Shown piece after piece: positions 10,522 to 19,700 of a stretch of DNA of 64,000 nt. The position numbers and the translations under genes are program-made. The stretch comes from Polyangiales bacterium (GTDB taxonomy: Bacteria; Myxococcota_A; Polyangia; Polyangiales; Ga0077539), in assembly GCA_044229975.1 (NCBI GenBank), contig JBGARZ010000003.1, positions 448,001 to 512,000 of the forward strand, given 5' to 3'. The notes beneath the pieces were generated by a model. That model was not told the origin of the DNA and did not search any database. It saw only the letters and a program-made list of their open reading frames with translations. Each line of letters begins with the position of its first letter. Position 1 is the first letter of the stretch.

Positions 10522-13358
10522 TTGATCACGGAGTGCTGCGGCTGCGCGCGGGCCTCGACCCGGCGCTCATCACCGTTCCCCTCGGGGCTTCCTCGCGACG
10601 CGGAACCTTCGCGCGCGACGGCGACCTCGCGAAGTTCACCCTCTACGCCAGGACCTTCCCCACGGAGGAGAACACCGGCGAGTGGCTGCGCGTCGAGGCC
10701 GACGAGCTCCACTGGATCTCCGGCACCGCCCTCGCCCACGCGCTCGGTCGCACCGACGCGCGCGGCAGCGCCACCGTCGCCGCGCACGACCGCCCGGCCC
10801 TCGCCCGCCTCCACGTCGCGGTGCGCGTCTACAAAAACGCCTCCAACTTCGAGCTCGCCCTCACCCTCGCCTGGAACCCCCTCAACGAGCGCACCGCCCT
10901 CATCGTCGGCACCGCCTCGGCCGCCGAGCGCGCGATGCGCCGCCTGGGTCAGCGCTCGTCGGTGGAGGAGGCCATCGTGCTCGACCCGCACCGCCTCGTG
11001 CTCGCGCCCGAAGCGTACGAGAGCGCCTCGCCGCCGTGGGACAACGTCCTCGGCAAGAGCTCGGCGCGGCTCGCCATCACGCCGTCGCCCGACGCGCCGC
11101 TGGTGATCGTCGCCGAGCGTCCGGCGCGTCGTGAGGGAGAGACCGGCGCCACCGTCGCCATCGACTTCGGAACGCACGAGACCTCCGTGGTGACCCAGCG
11201 CGAAGGACAGCGCGACGTCACCGTGGCGGGCGGCCTCGCGCCGTGGTCGTTTCACTGCGTGTCGGTGTCGCTGCAAGGCGCCGCGTGGCACGCCGAGCTG
11301 GTCGCCCCGCCACGATCGTTCGAGGACCGTACGACCCTGGGCAACCCGGTCATGCCGCGTCCGCTCGCCGAGCGGTGGAGCGTCATGGCGAGGCGCGACG
11401 CCGTTCGCAACCGCGAGGACTCAGGCATTCCCAGCGTGCTCATCCCGCGACGTGCGGTGCCCGACGGCATCGACGGTCACCCCTTCGACGAGCGACGCGA
11501 TCCCATCCTCGGGCACCGCGCGCTGCGCCTCGTCCGCAAGGCCATCGAGCGCGGCCCCGACCCCGAGCCCGCCGCACGCGAAGCCGACGCCGAAGTGGAG
11601 GAGAACGTCGACGTGAGCGTCGAGGTCGACGCGCTGGAGCCCGCCCCGAAGCTCCAGATCGCTCGCAACCGCGCGCTCACCGACGAGTTTCTACGCGGCC
11701 TCTTCGACGAGCTCGCCGCGCGCGAGATCGTCAAACCGCTCGACGGCGGCCTCGGCTCCGTCGGTCCCATCCTGCTCAGCTACCCGGTAGCCTTCCTCAA
11801 GGACGACCGCGACCGCCTCGAAGCCGCCGCCCGCGAAGCCCTCGCGGGGAGCGCCCTGCGCGGCCTCTGCGCCGAGCCACCCGACCAGCCGCTCACCTTC
11901 CTCGACGAGGCCACCGCCGCGTCGCTCGGCGCGCTCTATCACCGCTTCGGCTCGCTCTCCCTCGACCGACTGCTCGACGCGTTTCAGCCCTTCGCCGTCG
12001 AAGGAACCGCCCCCGCTCCTCGCGCCGTGCGCGCGCTCACCTTCGACTGCGGCGGCGGAACCACCGACCTCGTGCTTCTCCGCCTCCGCGAAGACGGCGA
12101 CCGCATCGTGTCGGAGATCGAGGACTTCTACGGCCTGCCCTTCGCGGGCGTGGAGATCACCCGGCGCCTGGCCCGCGAGCTGAAGCGGCGCCTCCGACCT
12201 TCTCTGCCGCCCGACCAGCAGGAGAAGCTCCGCACCCGCTTCGCACGCGACGACGACCCGCCCGGCACCGCGCGCTCCGAGGCCGACCGCCTCCGTCACA
12301 AGCGAACGCTGGGCTTCTTCTACTTCGGCGAGGCGCTGAAGATGGCGCTCGCGGCGACGCCGCCCACCGAGCCGAAGGCGCTGCGCGCGGCGATGGCCGT
12401 GCGGGCGCAGCAGTTTCTCCCGGAGCTCGACGTGACGCGCGTGCTCGACGCGCTGCCCGATCGCGCGTGGCTGGAGGAGTGCGCCGCGACGGTGCTCGCC
12501 CCGGCGCTGGAGACCGCCGAGCGCTGGCTCTCGCGCGAGGACGCTCCGGTGCAGGTGGTGCTGGCGAGCGGTCGATCGAGCCAGCTCCCCGGCGTCGGTG
12601 AGCGCTTGCGACTGGCGTGCGCCCGCGCGCCTCGCCCGGTGCTGGCGCAGCACTTCCTGTCGCCGCGGGAGTTCGCGTCGGCCGACCTCGGCTTCGGCGT
12701 GCTCGACCTCCACGCCGCCCGCAGTGGCAAGCCCCGCGCGGACCTCTCCAAGCTCGGCGTCGCCCTCGGCCTCGCGCACGGCTACGTGCTCACCACCAAG
12801 ACCGGCGAGGGCCGACGGCTCGTGGTCGAGCCCGCCGACGAGCACAAGCGAACGCGCTTCGTGGGCATCCTCCGGCAGGAGGGTCGCGGGGTGCAGTTCG
12901 TGATGCCCGAAGACCGGCTCGTGGTGCGCGCCGACAACAAGCCCGTACAGCTCGACGAGATCGTCTGGATCGATGAGCAGCCCTTCGCCATGCGAGCCGT
13001 GCTCGGCCAGAACTTCCGCGGCCCGCCGAAGCCTGGCGCCGTGGGCAGCGTCGACCCGCCGATCCCCTTCGCGCAGGTGCGCTTCACGCCGGCGTCCATC
13101 CCCGAGCGCGAGCGCCTCGGCATCCGCAAGGTGCAGGTGGGCTTCGCGCAGCGCTCGTCGAGCGAGGTGGTGATGGTGGGCCTGCGCGTCGAGCGGGCCG
13201 ACGCCACGGAGACGGCGCTGTTGCCGCCCGATCACCCCATCGGTGCGCCGGTGTCGCTCACCGCGGGTGGACTCACGGCGCACTTCGAGACACGGCGATT
13301 GGAGTTCGACTTCCGTCGCAACGGCGCCATCGACCCCGAGGACCTCGATCGTGAGTGA
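10515..13358 (+). CDS. Hsp70/actin-fold ATPase, SrfB-like, ~947 aa
   Basis: VAIDFGT, SYPVAF, LDEATAA, FDCGGGTTD, FAGVEITRRL, GEALKMAL, SGRSSQLPGV and KLGVALG occur in Hsp70 order. The ATG overlaps the upstream stop (ATGCTGA) and has a GGAGG RBS. Confidence 0.85.
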   Translation: MLIDHGVLRLRAGLDPALITVPLGASSRRGTFARDGDLAKFTLYARTFPTEENTGEWLRVEADELHWISGTALAHALGRTDARGSATVAAHDRPALARLHVAVRVYKNASNFELALTLAWNPLNERTALIVGTASAAERAMRRLGQRSSVEEAIVLDPHRLVLAPEAYESASPPWDNVLGKSSARLAITPSPDAPLVIVAERPARREGETGATVAIDFGTHETSVVTQREGQRDVTVAGGLAPWSFHCVSVSLQGAAWHAELVAPPRSFEDRTTLGNPVMPRPLAERWSVMARRDAVRNREDSGIPSVLIPRRAVPDGIDGHPFDERRDPILGHRALRLVRKAIERGPDPEPAAREADAEVEENVDVSVEVDALEPAPKLQIARNRALTDEFLRGLFDELAAREIVKPLDGGLGSVGPILLSYPVAFLKDDRDRLEAAAREALAGSALRGLCAEPPDQPLTFLDEATAASLGALYHRFGSLSLDRLLDAFQPFAVEGTAPAPRAVRALTFDCGGGTTDLVLLRLREDGDRIVSEIEDFYGLPFAGVEITRRLARELKRRLRPSLPPDQQEKLRTRFARDDDPPGTARSEADRLRHKRTLGFFYFGEALKMALAATPPTEPKALRAAMAVRAQQFLPELDVTRVLDALPDRAWLEECAATVLAPALETAERWLSREDAPVQVVLASGRSSQLPGVGERLRLACARAPRPVLAQHFLSPREFASADLGFGVLDLHAARSGKPRADLSKLGVALGLAHGYVLTTKTGEGRRLVVEPADEHKRTRFVGILRQEGRGVQFVMPEDRLVVRADNKPVQLDEIVWIDEQPFAMRAVLGQNFRGPPKPGAVGSVDPPIPFAQVRFTPASIPERERLGIRKVQVGFAQRSSSEVVMVGLRVERADATETALLPPDHPIGAPVSLTAGGLTAHFETRRLEFDFRRNGAIDPEDLDRE

Positions 13359-13367
13359 CCCCGCACC

Positions 13368-14207
13368 ATGGACCTCCTGCGCGTTTGGAGACGACTCATG
13401 GCCTGGCTGCGCCGTCGCCCGGCGGTCCCTCAGCTTCCCACCGCGACCGCGGACCCTCTCCCCGAAGCGGGAACCCTCGCCTTCATCGGCCTCGACCCGG
13501 GCGGTGATCCGATGAGCGACCTCAAGGACTTCGGCTGGATCAAGCACCTGCAGGCGGAGGTTCCGTACCCGCAGCCTTCGTATGGTCGGGTGGAGCCGCC
13601 GTCGACGCCCGCCGAGCTGCGCGAGCGGCTCGCCGAGTGCCACCGCGCGTTGAGTGAGGCGGTGACCCTGGCCGCGTCGCGCGAGCGCCCGACCGACGAC
13701 GACGGCGAGCCCGAGTGGTTCGTGGTGCTGGCCGACCAGCTTGTTCCGTTGATGTGCTGGTACGTCGGGTTGGGATTGCCACCGACGGCCGTCGCGATTC
13801 CGCAGGGCCTCATCGACCTCGTGCAGCGCGTGAAGAAGCTCCCGCTCAACCTCTTCGAGGGTCGCGTCGGCGACAGCATCGAGAACTTCCGCGAGCAGCT
13901 CGAACGCTCGAAATCCCGCCACGCCGAGATGCAGGCGGCCAACCTCGCCATCTGGCGCGTGCAGCTCGAAGCGGTGCTCGCCCCGCTCGTCGACCGCGAG
14001 CGCGGGAGCGTCACCGTGAGCTTCGACTTTCCTCCGTTGGGCGCGCGCATCGCTGACCTCGTCCCGCCGCCGAGCCCCGGCTCACCCACGCACGGCAACG
14101 TCTCGCGGGTGCTCGTCCCCGCGCTCTCGGTCACGCTGCAATCGCCGCTCGCGGGCGTCACCTCGGCCGACCCCTCGCAGCTCTCGCGCGGCGCCCACCT
14201 GCAATGA
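13368..14207 (+). CDS. Hypothetical protein; helical core with a possibly GrpE-like C-terminus
   Basis: 9 bp after the Hsp70-like gene. Amphipathic N-terminus, coiled-coil-like middle, and tail FDFPPLG...GNVSRVLVPAL. Confidence 0.6.
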   Translation: MDLLRVWRRLMAWLRRRPAVPQLPTATADPLPEAGTLAFIGLDPGGDPMSDLKDFGWIKHLQAEVPYPQPSYGRVEPPSTPAELRERLAECHRALSEAVTLAASRERPTDDDGEPEWFVVLADQLVPLMCWYVGLGLPPTAVAIPQGLIDLVQRVKKLPLNLFEGRVGDSIENFREQLERSKSRHAEMQAANLAIWRVQLEAVLAPLVDRERGSVTVSFDFPPLGARIADLVPPPSPGSPTHGNVSRVLVPALSVTLQSPLAGVTSADPSQLSRGAHLQ

Positions 14208-14992
14208 CCCGCTCGCTCCTCCTGGTCTGCGCGCTCGCGGTCGCCTGCCGACCCGTCAACGACCCGCCGCCGTCGCCGCCTCGCGCGACCGTTGCTCCGC
14301 CCCTCACTCCACCCGTTGCCCCGAGCGTCGCCGTGCAGCCGGTCGTGTCCCGCTCCCTCGCCCCGATGCCGTCGCTCGGCCCGTCGTCGGGGCGCGCGCC
14401 CACGTCGGTCTTCGTCCTCATGCACGGCTTCGGCGCCAACAGCGCCGACCTGCGGCCCATCGCGCAACGCCTGTCGCAGTCGTTGCCCGACACGGTGTTC
14501 CTGCTGCCCGACGGCTTCGAGCCGGTGCCCGGATCACCCGACGGGCGGCAGTGGTTTCCCTTCGCCGGAGCCGACGACCGCGCTCGCCTCGCGGGCGTCC
14601 GTCAGGCGTCGACGCAGCTCGTCGCGTGGATCGACGATGAGCTGCGCGCCCGTCACCTCAGCCGCGATCGCCTCGCGGTCGGTGGCTTCTCGCAGGGCGC
14701 CATGATGGCCCTCGACCTCAGCCTCCACATGAGCCCCGCACCCGCTGGTGTCGTCTCGCTCTCCGGCCGCCTCGTCGACGACGCCAACCCCTCCGCCGCG
14801 CCCGCCCCCGTGCTCGTCGTCCACGGAACCAGCGACGCCCGCATCGACGTCTCCTCGGCGCGCCACGCCATCACCCGCCTCGGCGAGCTCCACGTCCGCG
14901 TGGAGTCGCTCATCCAGCCCGGCGTCGGGCACACCATCACGCCGGAGGGCATCGCAGCGGCCGAGCGTTTCCTCCACGGGCTGTGGCCGTGA
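14204..14992 (+). CDS. Phospholipase/carboxylesterase (alpha/beta hydrolase), probable lipoprotein
   Basis: MHGFG, GFSQG nucleophile elbow, HGTSD, GVGH; lipobox-like AVAC. ATGA overlap with the upstream gene. Confidence 0.9.
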   Translation: MTRSLLLVCALAVACRPVNDPPPSPPRATVAPPLTPPVAPSVAVQPVVSRSLAPMPSLGPSSGRAPTSVFVLMHGFGANSADLRPIAQRLSQSLPDTVFLLPDGFEPVPGSPDGRQWFPFAGADDRARLAGVRQASTQLVAWIDDELRARHLSRDRLAVGGFSQGAMMALDLSLHMSPAPAGVVSLSGRLVDDANPSAAPAPVLVVHGTSDARIDVSSARHAITRLGELHVRVESLIQPGVGHTITPEGIAAAERFLHGLWP

Positions 14993-15576
14993 GCGACGAC
15001 CGGACGCCCGACGAGCACCTCGTGGTGCTCACCACCGAGCGGCTCCTGCTGTCGATCATGCCGGCCTCCCACGCGGAGCAGTTCCTCACCTACTCGCAGC
15101 GCAACCACGAGCACCACGCCCCGTGGGCACCCCCGCCGCGCGACCCGGTGGAGACCGTGGAGACGGTGCGTCGGCGCCTCGACGAGAGCCGCCGCGACGC
15201 GATCGCGGGCACCGCATTCCGCTGGCGCCTGCGATGGCGCGACGACCCCGATGGACCGGTCGTGGGCAACGTCTCGCTCACCCGCATCGAGCGTGGCCCG
15301 ATGGAGCGCGCGGGCCTGGGCTTCGCGCTCGACGTCGATCAGCAGGGCAAGGGGCTGGTGGTGGAGGCCGTCGAGGCGGTCATCGACCACGCCGCCAACG
15401 TCCTCAAGCTGCGCTTCCTCGAAGCGGGTCACGCGCCGCAGAACCTCCGCAGCGCTGCCACGCTCCGACGCATCGGCTTCGTCCCCTACGGCTACGCGCG
15501 CGACTACCTGCACGTCGGCGGCCGCGTGCAGGACCATGTGCTGTTGCAGTACGACCTCCGCCCGCGCCGTCGGTAG
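14989..15576 (+). CDS. RimJ/RimL-family GNAT N-acetyltransferase
   Basis: LTTERLLL, QGKGLVVEA, NLRSAATLRRIGF, GYARDYL..GGRVQDH. GTGA overlap with the upstream gene. Confidence 0.9.
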   Translation: MSDDRTPDEHLVVLTTERLLLSIMPASHAEQFLTYSQRNHEHHAPWAPPPRDPVETVETVRRRLDESRRDAIAGTAFRWRLRWRDDPDGPVVGNVSLTRIERGPMERAGLGFALDVDQQGKGLVVEAVEAVIDHAANVLKLRFLEAGHAPQNLRSAATLRRIGFVPYGYARDYLHVGGRVQDHVLLQYDLRPRRR

Positions 15577-15587
15577 ACTGCCTCGTC

Positions 15588-16439
15588 GTGATCACCCAGG
15601 TACAAGCGGGCCCGTACACCGTCCGGGGCGTTTCGGTCGGCGGCGTCTACACGACGCTGCACGTGCCCGAGCTCGACGTCGTGCTCGACGCGGGGCTGTC
15701 GCTCCGGTCGTTTGCCACGGTGGGCCGCTTCTTCCTGAGCCACGGGCACCTCGATCACATCGCCGGCCTCGCGGGCCTGCTCAACATCCGCGGCCTCATG
15801 GGCGCCGGTCGCGCGACGATCCACCTGCCCGCCGAGATCGAAGCGCCCGTGCGCGACCTGCTGCGCGCGCACGCCCCGCTGTCTCGCGCTGAGTTCGCGG
15901 TCGATCTGGTGCCCATGCTCCCGGGCGACGAGCGGTCTCTCGGGCACGGGCTCTTCGTGCGCGCTCTCCGCACGCACCACCCGGTTCCATCGCTCGGGTA
16001 TCAGTTCATCCGGCGGGTCTCGAAGCTCCTGCCCGAACACCAGGGCAAAGCCTCCGAGGAGATCGCCCGGCTTCGCAAGGCGGGCACCGCGGGTGTGTTC
16101 GAACAGCGGGAGAGCCTCGAACTGGCCTACGCCACGGACACGCTCTCGCGCGTACTGGAGACCGAACCATCGCTGCTGGAGAGCCGCGTGCTGGTGATCG
16201 AGTGCACCTTCGTCGACGCCGATCGCAGCGTCGAAGAGGCCCGCCGCAAGCACCACCTCCACCTCGACGAGCTCATCGCGCTCGCGCCGCACTTTCGCAA
16301 CGAGGCCATCGTGCTGATGCACTTCGGCCAGGCCGCGTCGCCCGCGCGGGTGCGCGATGTGTTGCAGCAACGCCTGCCGCCGGGCCTGCGCGAGCGCGTC
16401 GTGGTCTTCGCCCCGGAGGGCGACCGCTGGTTCGGGTGA
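15588..16439 (+). CDS. Metallo-beta-lactamase-fold hydrolase, short-form tRNase Z-like
   Basis: SHGHLDH, THHPVPSLGY, AYATDT, IECTF, HLHLDE, LMHF. Confidence 0.85.
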   Translation: MITQVQAGPYTVRGVSVGGVYTTLHVPELDVVLDAGLSLRSFATVGRFFLSHGHLDHIAGLAGLLNIRGLMGAGRATIHLPAEIEAPVRDLLRAHAPLSRAEFAVDLVPMLPGDERSLGHGLFVRALRTHHPVPSLGYQFIRRVSKLLPEHQGKASEEIARLRKAGTAGVFEQRESLELAYATDTLSRVLETEPSLLESRVLVIECTFVDADRSVEEARRKHHLHLDELIALAPHFRNEAIVLMHFGQAASPARVRDVLQQRLPPGLRERVVVFAPEGDRWFG

Positions 16440-16443
16440 AGGG

Positions 16444-17292
16444 TCACTCCTCGCGATGCACCGCGGGCAGCCGTCCACCCAACCACACGAACCACTTCAT
16501 CCGCGCGTGCACCCGGCCGAGCACCGCGAGGTGTCTCACCACCAGCAGCGTCAGCACCGCCGCGGGCGCCGAACGCCACTCCAGCACGCCCGCGACGAGC
16601 GCCGCCGCACCGACCCACGACCACCCGAGCAGCCCGAAGAGCCCTCCCGCCGCCACCGTCGCGAGGGGCTCGCGCACCATCTGCAACGCCGCCGCGCCCG
16701 ACGCCTGGAGGGCGGTCTTCCCTCGCGCCATCGCGTAGACGCGCGCCACGTCGTGCCAGACCGAGAGCAGCGCCGCGAGCAACGCCACCACGCCGTAGCC
16801 GACGAGGCCCAGCAGCGTGACCGATCGCACGTCGTAGCGGTGCAGCGCCGCGCGCCCCGCCGAGGTCGCCGCCGCGTACCCGGCCACGCCCGACAGCGCG
16901 AGCCCGAGGACCATGATGGCCCCGAGGCCCAGCAGCGTCGGCGCCCTGCGCAACGACTCCGCCGCCGCGCGATGCCAGCGCACGCCGGCGCTCGCTCCGA
17001 GCACGGGAAACATCCCCCCGAGCAGCGTCCACACCGCCGCGTACGCGAGCACCACCACGACGACGACCGCGCCCGCTCCCTCCAGCGCGCGACCCTGCGT
17101 GGCGATGAGCTCACCCAGCAGCCGACCGCCCTGCGCGTCGATCGCAAACGCGCCCCGCGGGTGGTGCGACAGCGCCGACGTGAGCGGCAGCGACGCGGCG
17201 AGCCCCAACAGCCACGCGAGCGCGACCTCGACGAGCGTCACGCCCACGACCGCGCCCCAGCGACCGCCCGTGGAGAGCCAGCGACCGATCAT
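16444..17292 (-). CDS. Multi-pass membrane protein of unknown function
   Basis: Several hydrophobic helices; ATGA overlap with the M1 peptidase gene. Confidence 0.7.
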   Translation of the reverse strand: MIGRWLSTGGRWGAVVGVTLVEVALAWLLGLAASLPLTSALSHHPRGAFAIDAQGGRLLGELIATQGRALEGAGAVVVVVVLAYAAVWTLLGGMFPVLGASAGVRWHRAAAESLRRAPTLLGLGAIMVLGLALSGVAGYAAATSAGRAALHRYDVRSVTLLGLVGYGVVALLAALLSVWHDVARVYAMARGKTALQASGAAALQMVREPLATVAAGGLFGLLGWSWVGAAALVAGVLEWRSAPAAVLTLLVVRHLAVLGRVHARMKWFVWLGGRLPAVHREE

Positions 17293-19133
17293 GGCCCGAC
17301 GCTCCCGAGCGCGACCGCGACCCACCAGGCGACGCGTGCGATGAGCGGGAGGGTCGGCGCCGACTGGTCGACGGCGAGGCGGGCGTTGTCGAGGCGACGC
17401 AGCTCCAGCGGGAGCGTCTCTTCCGGGTCGACGCTCACCGAGCGCAGCGCGGCCGAGCCCTCGTAGGGCACGACGGTGAGCGCCCGGTCGTTGGCGATGC
17501 GAACCACCGACCGCCGCCCCTGCACATCGACGAACGCGACGTTGACCGGCAGGTCGAAGGGCCCTTCGCGATCGATGATGGCGTGGCCGCGCCAACGACC
17601 GTCGGGATCACGCGCGCTGACGGCCGCGGTGACCGCGAGGTTGTAGCGCCACGGCGTCGAGAGGGCGGTGCGCGCGAAGGACTCCCACGAGGCGCCGAGG
17701 CGCTCACGCACGACGGCGTAGAAGACCTCGGGCGTGGGATGCGTGTAGCGGGCGCGGTCGACGTACGCGCGGAGGGTCTCGGTGAAGAGGCGCGTTCCGA
17801 GGCGGCGCTCCATGGTGCGAAGGACGATGGCCGCGCGCGGGTAGACGTGCTCGCCGTAGCGACCGAAGGAGGGGTACTCGTCGGCGCCGAGGTCGACCGG
17901 GAGCGCATGGGCGATACCCGCCGAGCCGAGGGCTTCGAGGGTCCAGGTGTCGAAGCGCGGGCCGAGGAGCGGGAGGTCGAGGAGCGGGCCGCCGCGACCG
18001 TAGAGGTCTTCCATCAGCCGCGCCGTGGCGTACTCGCAGAAGCCCTCATCGAGGAAGGGATGGCGGTGCTCGTTGGAGGCCACCATCCCGTAGAAATACT
18101 GGTGCCCGAACTCGTGGATCGTGACGTACTCGACGTCGCGCATGCGCCGCGGCGCCCACCACATCGCGCCGGTGGTGATGAGCGTCGGGTACTCCATTCC
18201 CCCGGTCGCTTCGCCGCCCTGCGGCGGAAGGACGACGGTGAGCACTGGGTACGGGTACGCCCCGAAGCGTCGCTCGAAGGCCGGGAGGGCGCCCGCCATC
18301 AGGTCGAGCGTACGCACCGCCGCCCGCTCGTCGCCCGGCGCGTGGAGCACCGTCACGGTGACGCCGCGGAGGTCACGCTCGGCGCGGCGGAAGTGATCCC
18401 ACGCGGTGAAGGCGAAGTCGTGGACCCCTTCGATGACGTGCCGCTCTTCCATGAGCCCGTCGACGAGCGCGGGCCCTTCGGTGCGCGGTCCCGTGGCGCC
18501 GACGACGTAGCCGCGCGGGTAGCGCAGGCGCACGTCGTAGCGGCCGAAGTCGGCGTAGAACTCGCTGTGGGCGTGGAAGGGGAAGTGCGCCCAGGTGCCA
18601 TCGCGCTCCAGCACGGCGACCTTGGGAAACCACTGCGCCACGAGGTGATACGAGCCGTTGTAGCCGGTGCGGGCGACGGTCTCGGGGAGCGTCGCCGTGA
18701 AGCGCACCGCGAGCGTGATGGACTCACCCGGCGCGACCGAGCGCGGGAGCGTCACATGGAGCTGCGAGGTGTCACCGGGCACCGCGGGGTCGGCGGTGGC
18801 GGTGGCGAGCAGGTCGGTGTCGCCCTCGCGCAGCGACTCGATGACGAGGCGGCCCCAGTGCGGCGGATGGGCAGCCCAGGCGTCGGGCGGGCTCGTCCGC
18901 ATGAAGAGGGTGCGCGGGCCCGAGAACGCGTTGAGGTACTGGTGCAGCCAGAGCTCGGAGACGGCCGCGGTGGAGGGGTTGGTCCAGCGGATGGTTCCGT
19001 CGGCGCGAACGGTGTGACGGGCGGGGTCGAGGGTGGCGGTGAGCGTGTAGTCGGCCACCCGCGGCGCGGTCTGCGCGGACGCCGTCAGCGGGAGGAGCAG
19101 GGACGCGACGCCCGCCGCGCGCGCGAAGTTCAT
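17289..19133 (-). CDS. M1-family zinc aminopeptidase, exported with a C-terminal membrane anchor
   Basis: GGMEYP and HEFGH-x18-E (FLDEG); signal peptide from ATG 19133. Confidence 0.92.
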   Translation of the reverse strand: MNFARAAGVASLLLPLTASAQTAPRVADYTLTATLDPARHTVRADGTIRWTNPSTAAVSELWLHQYLNAFSGPRTLFMRTSPPDAWAAHPPHWGRLVIESLREGDTDLLATATADPAVPGDTSQLHVTLPRSVAPGESITLAVRFTATLPETVARTGYNGSYHLVAQWFPKVAVLERDGTWAHFPFHAHSEFYADFGRYDVRLRYPRGYVVGATGPRTEGPALVDGLMEERHVIEGVHDFAFTAWDHFRRAERDLRGVTVTVLHAPGDERAAVRTLDLMAGALPAFERRFGAYPYPVLTVVLPPQGGEATGGMEYPTLITTGAMWWAPRRMRDVEYVTIHEFGHQYFYGMVASNEHRHPFLDEGFCEYATARLMEDLYGRGGPLLDLPLLGPRFDTWTLEALGSAGIAHALPVDLGADEYPSFGRYGEHVYPRAAIVLRTMERRLGTRLFTETLRAYVDRARYTHPTPEVFYAVVRERLGASWESFARTALSTPWRYNLAVTAAVSARDPDGRWRGHAIIDREGPFDLPVNVAFVDVQGRRSVVRIANDRALTVVPYEGSAALRSVSVDPEETLPLELRRLDNARLAVDQSAPTLPLIARVAWWVAVALGSVGP

Positions 19134-19182
19134 GGGGCCCGGACGATACCACCGACGACGCGCGGGCCGTCGAGCGGGGATT

Positions 19183-19671
19183 TCAGTCGTGCCCGGCGCC
19201 GCCGTCGTGGGGAGTGCACTCGGCGATGCACTCGGCCTCGCGCGCGGCGCACATCGCGGCGTTGTTGGCGTGCCCGAGGAGATGGCACGCCTCGCCGACG
19301 GTCGTCGTCGACGCGTGGCAGAGGGAGCCGAGCCGTTGGCAGAGCGTTCCAGCGTCGGCCGCGCCGGAGTCGGTGTCGGGCGCGTCGGTGGTGCTCGCGT
19401 CGGGAGTGCCAGCATCGACGGTTCCGGCGTCGGTGATCACGGGACAGGCGGCGAGACACTCGGCCTGGCGGGCAAGGCACACTGTCGGGTTGTTGGCGTG
19501 GCCGTAGCGGTGACAGTCCGACCCGACCTGCGAAACGCTCTCGTACTCGTGGCAGCGCTCACCGATGAGCGTGCACGCGGCGAGGCCCGCGGCGGTGTTG
19601 GTCGACGAGTCGTCCGAGCAGGCGACGAGCACGGTCACCAGGAACATTCCGAGGAGCTTCTTCACGGTCAT
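19183..19671 (-). CDS. Lipoprotein with two tandem 6-Cys/3-His domains
   Basis: Lipobox LVAC. Repeated C-x6-CH-x9/11-CH-x2-GHANN-x3-C-x6-C-x3-C units separated by a DAG-rich linker. Confidence 0.8.
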   Translation of the reverse strand: MTVKKLLGMFLVTVLVACSDDSSTNTAAGLAACTLIGERCHEYESVSQVGSDCHRYGHANNPTVCLARQAECLAACPVITDAGTVDAGTPDASTTDAPDTDSGAADAGTLCQRLGSLCHASTTTVGEACHLLGHANNAAMCAAREAECIAECTPHDGGAGHD

Positions 19672-19700
19672 TCTCCAGAGGGCATTGCGGGCACCGGGGA

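Noticed and set aside
10515..13358. Housekeeping dnaK
   Set aside because: Motifs are divergent, there is no recognisable DnaK substrate-binding domain, and no dnaJ/hrcA context.
14748..15587. N-terminal extension of the 563 aa MBL ORF
   Set aside because: Overlaps the esterase and GNAT genes in another frame.
19183..19671. c-type cytochrome call for the CH-containing lipoprotein
   Set aside because: No CxxCH spacing.
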